NCBI GenBank assembly: GCA_002269645.1
Contig: NIVC01002918.1
Coordinates: forward strand, 1 to 64,000
Reading direction: 5' to 3'
Source: Macrostomum lignano
Lineage: Eukaryota
Length of the DNA stretch: 64,000 nt
Made by a program: the position numbers and the translations under genes. Numbering within the stretch: position 1 is the stretch's first letter; every line of letters begins with the position of its first letter. Positions 38,211-50,981 of this stretch are shown piece by piece. The notes beneath the pieces were generated by a model. It was not told the origin of the DNA and made no database searches. It was given only the letters and a program-made list of their open reading frames with translations.

Positions 38211-39946
38211 GAGCTGAGAAGACACAAACATAGTGGGCTGGATTGCTATTGTGAAGATTCAAAGGACCCAAGGGCCCGATAGGTTTGTGGGCCACATGTG
38301 GCCGACCTGGGAGTTTGCCGACCCCTATTTTAGGATTTAGCTTTTTTACTTTGGCGTCACTGATCGAAATTCCGAGTATGCCGGAATCCAAAGACTCAAA
38401 CCGCTGCTGGCGCTGCAACTAGCTCGTAAAATCGCTAAAATTCCGTCAGATAAAACAATAGTAGAGACAGCGCCAAGAGGAACTGAAGGAGGCAGCCAAG
38501 AGATCCAGAAAATGACTGAATGTTGCAATTTTCATTCATTTTAGATTGCAGTTGCACAATGCTTTAATTAGTTGAATATTCGAGCATTTTTAGACTTTTG
38601 GCTACTTTCAACACAATTGATATGATATGATTGAATATTGCTCTGGTTGTAACAATTAATGTCACAAAATGACATAACAGCAGGAGTTAGGGTGGCCTAG
38701 ATTAAAAAAAATTATGTGCAATATGCCCTCACACCAATAGCCCCCCCCCCACTTTGAAATATGTTCCGACACCGCTGGTTCAAATGCCGTTCTCAGGGCT
38801 TTGACTTACCCAGTTGACTAAGCAAAATAAGTAACATTACATAAAACTGCCGACTAGTGTGTCAGTAAGTAATTTAGTAACTTTTTTGTAGGACCGTGCA
38901 ACGTTATGGAACTAACTGTACGTAGTCACTCTCCATAGATAGCTTTTAAATTTCTACAGGGCTTAGGCTTAGGCTTAGGCTTAGGCTTGACTTAGGAAAA
39001 GATGCGATCACATAAAATCGGCAACTAATGTGTTTCTTGTTTTTTTACCAATTAACATAATTGAACACGTATAAACTCACTTTTCTGCTATGAACATCAC
39101 TTTTTGATGAACAGTGTAGGAATAAAACTTTTCCTAGTTGCAGTAGCTTTCAAAATTACTGCTGCTAGTACAAGCTAGCATAGTTGCATAAGTTTACTTG
39201 CTATGCCGGTATTCTGCAAGGTAATGATAGCAAAGTTTACATAACTGCTCAAAATAACGAACAAGCGAAAATCCTGGGGATTTTCAGGAAGATTTGAAAC
39301 GAATAGAAAATATATATATATATTATACATATTAAACATATAATAATAAAAAATATTACCATATACATTCATCAAGTTAAAACTACAATAAGTACAGAGA
39401 GAATCAAGGAAAATACGAAGATAGGCATGTAACAACATTAAGCAAACATTAGCAGAATGCAAAACAAGCCAAAGAGGCAAAAAATCAAAAGCAAAAAGGC
39501 AAAAGCAATGCATCCTAGTAGTCCCTGGCGTTCTTGATTGCCTCTTGAAATTGGCAAGTCCAACGGAGAAGCATCACTGGCGCCAGGCGGATCGCTTGCT
39601 TCTTCGAGATCGGCCCAAAGTTGCTCCCGTTGACTATCTTCTCCCTGTAAGCTGTCGGGCTAGGGTAGATCGGGCTTTGGCTTGTAGCTCGTAGGACCGC
39701 GGTAGAGTACAAAATTTCGAATCTTTTTTTTGATGATCCGCCTAACTGAACGTTCCATTGCTGATGAGCAGAAAATTCGTTAAAAGGAGAATAACTGGTA
39801 AAGGCACACAGCAGTCAGTGCATTTGACAGCTATCGACTCAATAAACTGGAATTTATAACCACAAGTTTCTTCGAGGGTTGACTTTCCCGAAATATGCTT
39901 TCTTCTAATTGGTTGATAATTTAGGAGGTATGTAAGAAATTTAGTT

Positions 39947-40891
39947 TGTAGTGACCTTCGCGAAAGTTCGATGCATTTGAATCATTTAATTTCTAGAAAT
40001 TTCCCCGTAGAGTACAAATTAAATTCTCGAAATTTCTCTCACAGTAACTAATTTCAATACTCGCATTTATAAATATTCAATGTATAATTTATTACAGTAA
40101 AGCAGTACTACAATTAATGCAAATCTAATAGGAATCAATAATTAATATTTGTTTTGTTATAATGCTTAGAATTTTCTAGAAGTTTCCGGCGATGCTCCTG
40201 ATGGCTATAAATATACAGCAGCTCAGCTGGAATCATTTCACGTATCTTCTTCTAGATTCCAGTAACATTATTCTATAAACCCATTAACCAGTTGAACCAC
40301 CGCCTTGCTCTCGTCTCATTACTGATAAACCCGCTACAACTGGTCCGGCGAGGCGCCGAAGCCCCGTCAGGGGCAGGACAACAAACCAACATGTAAAAAT
40401 ATCGCCTGAACTTTCGCCCGTCATCATCACCGTCAGCACATCGCATGTACCCACTACAACTTCCTTAGGTCGGTGGTTCAAATCCGCCTCGCCGGACCAG
40501 TTGTAAGGGTTTAAAGTAAATAAAAGGAAAGGAAAAGAGCTAGGCGGTGGTTCTTATTATATTTGTTTAAAAGACAGCGGAGTAAGAAGTAAGGAAGTAA
40601 AAATTATCCGCTGTGGGCACCGTATATTTATAGCCATCAGGAGCATCGCCGGAAACTTCTAGAATATTCTAAGCATTATAACAAAACAAATATTAATTAT
40701 TAATTCCTATTAGATTTGCATTAATTGTAGTACTGCTTTACTGTAATAAATTATACATTGAATATTTATAAATGCGAGTATTGAAATTAGTTACTGTGAG
40801 AGAAATTTCGAGAATTTAATTTGTACTCTACGGGGAAATTTCTAGAAATTAAATGATTCAAATGCATCGAACTTTCGCGAAGGTCACTACA
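39947..40891. mobile_element. Non-autonomous element of two inverted LTRs (39947-40338 +, 40502-40891 -) with two inward-facing PBSs and a 4-bp TSD
   Basis: Each arm runs TGTAG...TACA and is followed by AC-TGGTCCGGCGAGGCG. The first 270 bp of the arms are ~99% identical and end in a TATA box. AGTT lies at 39943-39946 and 40892-40895. Confidence 0.85.
40462..40499 (+). other. Copied 3' half of a tRNA (Tyr-like) including CCA = extended PBS of the minus-strand LTR
   Basis: TCCTT-AGGTC-GGTGG TTCAAAT CCGCC-TCGCCGG-A-CCA: T arm, acceptor 3' strand, G72/A73 as in eukaryotic tRNA-Tyr, and genomic CCA. Confidence 0.75.
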
Positions 40892-42129
40892 AGTTAGCGT
40901 TTGTCGGGTAGCAGCAAGATTTAACCCATTTCGAATAAGTTATAGAATAAGCTGCTGCATTGCTGTGTCACAGTTGTGTTCAAAACATTCTGTCTATTCA
41001 AATTTTACTTCTGAATGCACCGTAGCAACATAGCAACGACGCTGGCCAATAATGCAGTCAACTGCATGGTCTATTCAACGCCTCAGTTGCGTGATGCACG
41101 TGATGCAATAACAGGAATAGGCTAAGCAGAAGTTCGGCAGTTCGAGTCCGCATTGAAGCAGCAAATTTATCTTTGTGACCTGTAACAAAAATCATTGTCA
41201 TGCAGATGTTAAATATTTAAATTTAAAGAGGGTATTAGTAATCTGGGTGAGCAGTGAGCCGTACAATGCTGAACAAATTTCTAGATTGATGAAAGGATCA
41301 TTGCAGTTTGCTGAGGATACTGAGGGGCCAGCCGAGAGGAGAACTGCAGACTGCTGAGGGGATAAATGAGAATTATTAAGGAAACACTTGCTGACTGTAG
41401 ATGAATTGACTGCAGACTGCTGAGAGGGGAATTGCAGATTGTCAAAGGGATCGTTCATGATTTAAAACCTTCAAGACTTAAAAGCGTACAGTTGCAAACT
41501 ATAGAGGGACTAATGATGTACAGAGTTTTGAGTGTATTGTTGAGGGGATTACTGCGGACTGTTAAGTGAATTATTGTAGTTAGCTGAGAATACAATTTTC
41601 TAGGCCACTGAGGGATAATTGTTTAGTCTGCAGGCTGCTAAGAGTATGACTGCAGTTTGTTTGCAGGATTAGAAGAGATAGTTTATTTCAGGTTGTTGTG
41701 GGGATAACTGCCTATTTCTTGGGGAGGGGTTAACTTCAAACTGCTGAAGTTACTAAACTTCTTGAATAGTATTTAGATGCTTTTAGTAGAAGGTCGGTAG
41801 TTCGAGCATGAGATTGTATTGGTAATCTGGGAGAGGAGTGCTGATCTGACGCATACAATAAAGTGCTAAATATGTAAGAGGATTGCAAATCAAATTTAAA
41901 CTGCAAGTTGCAAACATTTCAAATGGTTTGATTATTGAAAAGCATATGGAGATTAGTGGCCATCTGCTCACTGATTGTACAAAACAGTGCTGTTAAACCA
42001 TTGCTAAACTGCTGGTGATAAATTGCAATGAAAGGGATCCCCGTTAGCTTTGACATCCCAACAAAGCTCAACAAAGGTAATAGCGAAAAAAGAATCACCA
42101 TGTCAACCATAAAAGAAGTGCTCTGTCGA

Positions 42130-43520
42130 ACATAAAATACTCATTGGGAATTGCTAAGATGTCAAGGCTCATGATAGACATTCTAAGATATCGTGTCAAG
42201 GTTCAAATTGCTTTGATGTTAAGGTTCATTTAGGAAATTGTTGAGATATCAAAGCTCACTAAAAATTCTTTGCTGTCAAGGCTCATGAAAATAATTACTG
42301 GAATGCTTTGGCTGTTTGGGGAATTGCCTAAATTGTTAGGGTAAGAGTAAGATGTAAACCATAAATGAATTTGGCTTTCAAACATAAAATACTCATTGGG
42401 TAATTACTAAGAGGTCAAGGCTCATGGGGGATCTGAATTATACTGTGGCTCAATGCTCAGGGTGAATTGTTGTGATTGCAACACATTGGTATTTTGCAAA
42501 ATTTTGTCGCTAAAAAGGGGTTGCTGAAATATCATGGCTCATTGGGGAATCGCTGGGATGTCAAAACTAACGGGGATCCCTATAATGCTGTAGGCTGTGA
42601 CTCTTGGCCGTCTTGGGTTATTGCAGAGCTTCTTAGGTTCACAGGGAAATGGCTGAGATTTCAAAGGCTCCTAAAGGAATAGCTTAATTCACGAAATGTC
42701 AATGTTCTTTGGGTAATTGTTAAAATGCTGTGGTTCATGGTGAGAATTGCTGAAATGCTGTCAGTGACTTAGGAGGGTTAGGGTTCAATCATAAGACATC
42801 ATAAGTGCCAAAATGCCAAGATAACATAGGTTAGTGCCGAGGTTAGTCGTTAAATTTCCAGGCTCATGTAGAAATTGCTAACATTTCAAAAGCTCATTGG
42901 GAAATTTCTGAAATTCGGCTGTAGGTTAAGGCTTGTGGTTTTAGTTCAATTATAGTTATAGAGCGATGATTTTCGTGTCAATCATAAATGATTCATAGGG
43001 GAATTGCTAAGATTAAACGCTCTTGGGGCAAATTATACTTAAATGCTTTGGCTCTACTGGGAGTCGCCGACAGGTCAAGGCTTTCGGTGAAATTTAGATT
43101 ACGAAGCTTATGAGGACGTTACTTTAGTGCCGAGGCTCAAGGCTCATGCTGGAACTTGCTAACATGCCAAGACTCAGTTATGGGTTAGGGTTGGGGGCTT
43201 AGGTGAGCTTTGTTTCAATCATAGATTAACCGCTGTCAACTATCAATTAAAGACTTGCTAAGATATCAAAGCTCGTGGGGAATCGCTGAGTTAACAAGGC
43301 CCATAAAAAATTTGAGTTATCGAGGCTCATAAGGGTATTGCTGAATTTTTGGGAGAGGGGAGTTGGATTGTTAGAACTTCAAGGCTTACAGCGCTGGTAG
43401 AATTGCGAAGATTTCGAGGCTCGAGATCAATTGCTGCGATGTCAAGGCATACTGGCGGAATTGCTGAGATATTTCAAGGCTCATGAACGATAGCTGAATT
43501 GTTGGGGGAGGGGGGTGTTA
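42130..43520. repeat. Highly degenerate ~28-bp minisatellite (GGGAATTGCTAAGATGTCAAGGCTCAT-like)
   Basis: The motif recurs many times; related units occur in RPA-like intron 1 (7350-7470). Confidence 0.7.
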
Positions 43521-44823
43521 GGTTATTGGGCGATTGCCAGATAGTCAGGTAGTACGAGCGTACGTCTGAAGTAGCGCATGCAATTCAGATAATGAAATAG
43601 TACACACAAGTGATGCTGATTTCTGCTAATAGGAAATACCAGCGCATTTATTAAAGATTTGATTATCTGCTATAGGCTAATAAAGAGAGAGGGTCTAAAG
43701 CCGTCAGGGATTTGCATATTGAGCTCCTGCTGCGGGCCAGAATATGCCCCGGCCAGTGACGATGTGCACCAACAGTTTGTGCTTGAAAGGATAAGCTCTA
43801 TTTGCTGATTGAGAAATGGTTTTGGGCTGAGTGGGAACCTTTTTGGACTGATGAAGATTTTGATTCATGGTAATCATGGCAATTTGGTGTCATTTTGAAG
43901 GCCCCCAGCGGGGGCTAAATGGCTAGTCTTATACTAATATGCTTGCTCATTTTTGAATCTTAAGCGCTGAAATATATTCGCTTTGATGGCTTTGCCGATA
44001 GAGTTTATTGTTGTTCCGGTCACCACACCAGGCTCGTATTAATCGAATCATTTTGCTGACCCCTTGAAGAAGGTGAGCTTTTCAACCCTGTGAGCAAGTC
44101 ATGAATTTTTAAGTCAGATTTGTTAATAAAATTTGTTAATATTGTCTGATTTTTTCGGCAATATCCAACCCATGACTTACATACAACCGCCTCTAACAAT
44201 CCTTTAATTTCGATGCATGCGGGCAGTGTACTCATCAAGATTGTAAACTTTATCCTCCTCACCATTTATATTAGCCTAAAAAATATTTTTTCTCAATGTG
44301 CGGTGCTGTGGACTGCCCTAAAGCCGGCCTCGAACTTCAAACCGCCCCTCTATCATCAGAATATTGTAGGAATTCCTGCTCGGAAAATTGCAGCAACAAC
44401 AGTACATACGTACTACGAGCCATACTAGCGTTTAGAGAGTTGTCACTCTCCAATATTGGTTAAACTTTCCTGTAACAATGTATTGAAATAACATTGTTTA
44501 AAATCGCTGTTATCTCTAAGTTAAGCTAAGGCAGTAGCTAAACAGCAAAAAATATGCTGCGATATAAGTATATTTTATAATGAAATGATAAATTAAATAA
44601 TTAAATCGAAAATAATTAATGAAATAATAAGCAAACGAGGAAATACATCATATATGAGACATTAATCCATTATATATTATACATTATACATTATATATAC
44701 ATCATACATTATATACGTTACACATTTTATATCAATTTTTGACGAGTACGCAATACGCTGCGAAATTAGCATGAGCAATGTTTAGCAATGAGCAAAGGTC
44801 AGGCAACAGTCAACAGTCAACAG

Positions 44824-45225
44824 TCAATATGTACATGCCTCACCTGTCTCTCGATCATTTGGTCCGTAATCAAAAAGCAGTTCTTCGCCCTTATCCACCA
44901 CGCGATTTGTAATAAAATAAAGTGCGGGCGGCGCAAGCTTAAAAATGTACCAAGTGTCGAGACCACACTGTTGGTAGTGCTCAACACGCTGGTAAATGGT
45001 CTTTCGCGACTAGGTTAGCCCGCCAGCATATTCACACACGAATTCATACCGTCGTAGAGATCGGGAGGCGAACGCCCCCTTCCCCTTATTTCCGGCATCA
45101 GCGACGACAACGGCCCTATCGTCACTGGCTATTATAAGGGATATTATATCCGCCTCCGGATTCCACCGTCTCTTCCTTTTGCGCATCATAAACGGCGATC
45201 TGGCAATGCCAAGCTTCAGCGCCAA
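44824..45225 (-). pseudogene. SETD8/PR-Set7-like SET domain, copy 2 (TAG at 45010, internal deletion of the NHS motif)
   Basis: VVADAGNKGKGAFASRSLRRYEFVCEYAG...LYFITNRVVDKGEELLFDYGP; homologous to 16481-16873. Confidence 0.88.
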
Positions 45226-45324
45226 GAGCGACGAGAGCGCTTGAAAAAATATTTGGGCAGAAAATTTTATATTTTGAAACTTGACTGCTCAATATTTTTT
45301 AATGAGAATTCTTTAATGATTTTC

Positions 45325-45435
45325 AGACAGACAGACCAGAGAGACCAGAGAGACCAGAGAGACCAGACAGACCAGACAGACCAGACAGACCAGACAGACT
45401 AGACAGACTAGACAGACTAGACAGACCAGACAGAT
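45325..45435. repeat. 9-bp tandem repeat (CAGACAGAC/CAGAGAGAC)
   Basis: Direct reading. Confidence 0.9.
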
Positions 45436-46822
45436 CGAAGTGTGGTTATACTCTCGAGTGCTTATACAGTGGTTATACAGTATAAGTAGAGGTACCGTTT
45501 AGTACGAGCTATATGCTCTCCCGGCGTTATGACGCTCTGGCAAGAACTCGCTGCAGCCCAACAAGCTCCCCAGAAATTAGTGAACTTAAGCAGGCGGCTT
45601 ACCAGTGACCAAAACGAGCAAACCAGAGAAATAGAGATGGGCCGCGCCGGCCAGCCAATCAAAACCCTGCCTAGGGGGAGGGGGCAGCACCCGCGCCAAA
45701 ACCGGCCCGGCCGCAGCCAACCAGCCCTGAGCACGGACAGGGGGCACGGCTGGAGAGGGGCACCCGCAAAGTTCGGCCGCCGACTAGACCCTGCCACGCC
45801 CGCCAAACCCTAGCCAGCCCCAAAGTGCATCGCGCATTGCAAACCGACAAGGGCGCATACACTACAGAAGCTTTTCGGGGTTCGAAAGCTAGTGTTGTCA
45901 TGATTTTGGCTAACGTCTTGACGACAAGATTGCTAAGGGACTCAGATATGGAGGGAGGGGGCCCGCTATCGTCAATCTCTCCACCTTCCGCTGTGGTTGC
46001 ACTCACTATGCTCTTATCTTTTGTGTCACCTCAACCTTCCCGGTCTCACTATAATTAGATAGATGGAAGATATATAAATGAAGCGAAAAGAAACCACATA
46101 CAGTACAAGCACAATCACAATTTCTTTATTTAAGAAATTACCCGAATCGGGTCTTTGTGAGGTTATACGCTGGTATAATTGAAAAATGAAACGGCAAGCA
46201 AAATAAAATAAGAAATTAGAATTACATGCATACCATAATAACCTAACATAACAATAACATATACTCGTATTAAAACGAAATGTGACGGAATACTGGTACA
46301 ACGCAAAAAGGGGTTAATTCAATGCTGCAGAATACTGGTACAACGCATGGCCAAAGTCAAATGAATGTTTTATGCTCACTAAACGAAAATAAGCTAAGTT
46401 TTCTTTCTCAGCCTCGACCGGTGGGACTTCCACCGATTGATATACATTGTCATATCGTCCTCCACTTCTTTTCGGTTGATTAAACGCAGGGACTGGTGTG
46501 GTTCCACGTTGTACAAAAAGGCTCGTTTGCTTGGTGGAATCGGGACATTGCTAGATAGTCTATTTAATTACAGCAGCTAATCAATAACGGCGATGATTTT
46601 ATTGATTTGATTGGCGAAGACCCATTAGGATTTTTCATCCTTTGTTGGGATTCAGCGCGCTTTTCCGCCGTTGTCAAAGCTCGGGAGTATGAATCCGATG
46701 CTGCTTTTACAGAACAGAACAGGCAGTACAGAAAAATTTTACATTGAATGAACTAGTGAACGTGAAAAAAATTCCCAACAAGCTTAATTCCCGCAAAATT
46801 AAAATGCTTGTTTAATTAATGA

Positions 46823-47980
46823 TTAGTTTAATATTTGTCTTAAATCAGTTCCCCTGGTCAGCTTCCGGGTCGGGTCGTCTGGCTCCTTTTCGGCACGTTG
46901 GTCGTTAGCTCGCCTGGCTTTCATCAGTTCACTGCGCAACCGCCGAAACGCCAACTGCAGTCGCGAATGAGGGACGTGGGCCTTCACAATCCGAACAAGA
47001 AATGACTGTACCACGTCCAGGGTCTTCTCCGCTACGCAGTCCCTTGACCGGCCTGTCAATGACTTTGTACACAGGTCCTCCTCGCTGAAAACAGCACGGA
47101 GAAGCGCTCTGAGTACAAGCATCTGGGTATGCTCGCTTTCCGCTCCCCGTGTGTTTCCACTGCGGACATAAGCGTTGAGTAGCTGCAGGCCTTGATCTGT
47201 AGTACTCTTGGAAGGGGTTGAATTTTGGGCTGCAGAGAGACTCCAGCGCCGTCACTGTGCCACTGTGTCAGTGTTCCGACTGCGACAGCTTTTATCGCAT
47301 CAGCGAATTGGCAGATGCTGCCGAACTGCCGCATCACTCCGTCGTTCGCACGGGCACGGTCCTGCTGGGCCTGAGCAAGAGGTGGTATTTGATGGTGAGG
47401 TGTGGCTCTAAGAATTGGAAGGAATATTTAGTTTCATTTTTAGTGCCTCAGAAGAAGGGCCGTACCTCACCTCAATTAGTGCCGCCTGCATTTTGTCCAG
47501 ATCGCGCTCCATGCTCCCAACCTTGAGGAGCAGCTCTGCATTTTCTTTGGCCAACCGGTCAAACATCAGATCTTGGGCTGCCAGATCTGTCTGCAGCTGA
47601 CCCACAGTCAGCTGGAGAGCCTGGTTGCAGTTTCCTGCAACTTTACGTCCCGCACGGCGCACTGCGAGCATGTGCGTGGCGCTACAGGAGAATTTAGGGG
47701 GGGGTGTTTTAAACATTCTCTCCCTGGCTGTGGCTTCCCGTTCGTCAGCTGGACCCCAGAATAAAATTGTAGGATACCGCCAGCTGTTAGCGGGCGGCTT
47801 CCTTGCCCAGAATACGGATACTTCGTCCCATCTGTGATGCCTGTTAGTTGGTGGTGGTTCACAAAAAAACAGTGCCATTCATTACACGAAAGCTTCCTGC
47901 TTCTTTAAGTTTAAACTGTACCACCCGCCAGGACGACCCACCTAATGCGACGGCAAACGCAGCGAATGGGGTGGCAGCGG
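46823..47980 (-). pseudogene. Second gene of the CACTA-like element: coiled coil + BEN-like domain (frameshifted/spliced)
   Basis: WRVVQF N-terminal motif, heptad region LQLTVGQLQTDL...MERDLDKMQAALIE, C-terminal RALLRAVFSEEDLCTKSLTG...LDVVQSFL resembling the BEN LFTxEELxxxSLTG motif. Confidence 0.6.
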
Positions 47981-49681
47981 AGCCGGTGGCCGCACCGGTG
48001 GCCGCGCCGGTGGACGCGCCGGTGGCCGCACCGGTGGCCGCGCCGGTGGCTGTGGAGGCGGTTGGCAGTCGCTTCAGCCGGTGCAACCGGGCATCGGCTC
48101 GGTTGTTCACCCGTGGCTGAGCAGCGGCCGCACAGAAAAATTGAAGACAGTGGGCATTTGGAGCATCATCGTACCTCCGCCGGGCTGGTACATAAAGCAA
48201 AGCTCCTAGCGTCTTCAGCAGCTCGCTTCGGGAGGCTGCCCGACTTATCGGCTGTGCGGCGGCGAGTCTGGCGACCCGATGATATTTCGCTGAAAAGATT
48301 GTTACGGTAGCTACCTTGAATTTCAGAAGTTGAATGCAACTGTCAGAGTAAGAGGGTCCGTTCTGCAAATTCCATATGGGTTCTAATACATTTGAAGGGG
48401 TTGACTGAATTTTGGGAAAAGTGTTTAGTCTGATAGCAAGTAAACAAGTAAACAATTTGTGCGATTAAATGGCAGCATTCAGCCACGAACCTGCCCTCGA
48501 GTCCGGCTTGTTTGAGCCAAGCAGCTGCGTGAGCGTCCACTTGACGGGGCCCTCGCACAACTGATGCAAATAGCACGGTGGGGTTGCTGTAAAAGTGTGG
48601 TTCTTTTACTGTGAGCTTAGCAGCCCAACTTAAACAATAGCCCCAATGTACCCAATGAGCCTCAGAGGGGACAACGCCTTAAGGCCGAGGTTACCATCTC
48701 GCAACTCGACGCCTACGCGCGCAAGGTGTACAGTGTCACGCAGACACCGCACCTGAGGCTGCTGAAAGCCACGCTTTGTAGCTAGGGCGACATCAGCTAC
48801 TGCCACGTCCCGTGGGTAGAAGCGCGTCTTTCCTTCATCAACGAGAGCAGTACGGATGTAAAATTTAGCACACCCGTGGACAGCGTTAAAGCGCTTAACG
48901 CCAATTGTCTCAGCCCGCTGTGGCGCGTCCATCACGAACAGCAGTGGATCAAAACGGATAACACCGGCCTGAGTCGCATCAGGGCCGCACCCTCTTCTGC
49001 ATGCAACTCCATCCAGGCTCAGCACCAGTAGCCGCAGGTCACCACGCTGTTGGCTTTCAGGCGGTCCGGTAGCTCCACCACGGACAGGTACACAGGACAG
49101 ATTTCCATGACGGAATGGCGGAACGCCTGTTGCAAATAAAATGAAGCGTTGAATTGTTCGACTGTAATTAATTTGTCAGAGCGTTTAACCATCCAGATCA
49201 CGGGAGAAAACTGCAACTAAGAAAGTCTCCTTACTTACCGGAAATCCGTCAAAGCAAACAACGTAACTCCGGTCCTGTCGGGAGTCCAGAGAAATGGAAG
49301 TCTTAAATTTGCAGTACCCTTCAGAAGAGCCAAGTCCAAGAAAACCAGGCTTGCACTTCTGGTCTGCAGGGAATATGACTTTCTGGAGCAATCCTTCCGC
49401 CTCTATCTGCAACTGAAGCTGCTTACGTACGTCCATCTGCCAGTACGTGCAGATCTTGTCCGGCGTCAGTGCAGCTGTGCAGTTGTCACAGACAGTGTCA
49501 GCTGTATCCACTCGAGCGAGGCACTTCAGGCAGAAATTGGTGCATTTGGGTTTCCGTCGACGCAGCCCTAAGGCCTGGCGCAAAAGATGCTTCGACGTGG
49601 GAATGCACCCACTAGCAGGCAGAGTCTCGTCGATCAAAATCAGGACAGCACGGACGACGCTACCATTTTAAACGTACCTGG

Positions 49682-50850
49682 TAGATAGATACAAAAAAGC
49701 GCTCACTCAGAGTCAGCAAACACCAAAGATTATATTAACAGATTAAAATCAAAGGTGAACAATATTTCGGCCTATTGCCTGGCCTTCGTCAGGGTCGAAA
49801 AGCAAAGCTTATAATCCGATTTAGTTTATATTGTTACAAAGAAAAAATTCGAGAAAATTAATAAATGCGGGAGATAAAGATCAGTTTGAATACGTTCAAA
49901 AGTCCGACGGGTGCTGGGCCGCACGTTGTGCTCCTAATTGAGCAGGGTGTACAATGCAGTTGCAGGTTATTGATCTGAAAATGGTTACGACGTGGCAATG
50001 GTGAGAGTGGACAGCTTAGACGGACAGAGAATGTCTTGAATCGAGCTCGATCTGGTGTACGCCGCCACAGTGTCCAGCTCACGAGCATTGTCTGAGATCA
50101 CCGTGCGGACTCGGTGTACAAAGCGGGCAGAGTGGTCAGTGTGCGGAATCACTATGGGAATGCAAGCATGATTGGTCGTTTCAACCGTGTTTAGGCCACT
50201 TGGGAATCGGGTGCTAAGCAAGCCGATCAGTTTTTGTTCCATGTTCCTTCTACGGCGCTGGGCTCCTTTCTTGTCGGCTTTGCACTCAGTGCTCAAGTAT
50301 CGACTGTCTCGACACTGGCGCGTCTTTTTTCAACTTGATGTCGCTCAGGTGGGCTTATATTCTGACTTTTAGAGCACCACCTGTCTCCCCAATGTAGACG
50401 CAGTGACCATTACAAGTCTTACAGAGAATCGCATAGACCACGTCTCTGGAGTCACAGCAGACTCTTTGGTTGATTCTGTAGACAATTTTAGTGGCATTTA
50501 TTAGTGTCCATACAGGTGGCAGCTCGAATTTTTGCATCTAATAAAACCGAATTCCCACCTGCAGTCCATGTAGTTACCTAGTTGAGTGAGAGCAGAGGTT
50601 TTTGCGTCTTGAATAATTCGGACAGAATACCCACTGCTGGCCTGGTCGAAGTCTACGTTGAAAGTACAGCGGCGAGCATAGCGAAGGAACTGAGATTGGA
50701 CAATGCCTTTATGCGTAGGATGTATGCGTAGGATTAAAAGAGTCTGGGTAAACAGTTGGTGAGAGTCTGGGTTAAACAGTTGGTGAGAGTCTGGGTTAAA
50801 CAGTTGGCGAGAGTCTGTGGGTTTGAAGTAGATAGAATAATAGATAGATA
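49682..50850 (-). mobile_element. Scrambled Penelope-like fragment (RT thumb, GIY-YIG, linker, 3'UTR)
   Basis: HPTHKGIVQSQFLRYARRC, VVYAILCKTC..YIGETGGALKVRI, EQKLIGLLSTRFPSGLN; flanked by an imperfect 36-38-bp direct repeat (49644-49681 / 50851-50886). Confidence 0.85.
49755..49800 (-). ncRNA. Minimal Penelope-type hammerhead core
   Basis: CTGACGA-A-GGCC(AGGCAATA)GGCC-GAAA-TATT; stem I is not clean. Confidence 0.55.
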
Positions 50851-50981
50851 GACAGCACGGATGACGCTACCATTTACTTTACCTGGTCACAATTTCTGCA
50901 TTGCAACAACAAAGCTCCCGTACGTATGCCCACTTCCTGGATCATGCAGTCTTGAATGAGCTTCGTAATCGGAACTGCTGC

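Noticed and set aside
40345-40499. Intact intron-containing tRNA-Tyr gene
   Set aside because: No D arm, A box or anticodon arm; the apparent acceptor stem comes from the two inverted PBSs; genomic CCA points to reverse-transcribed tRNA.
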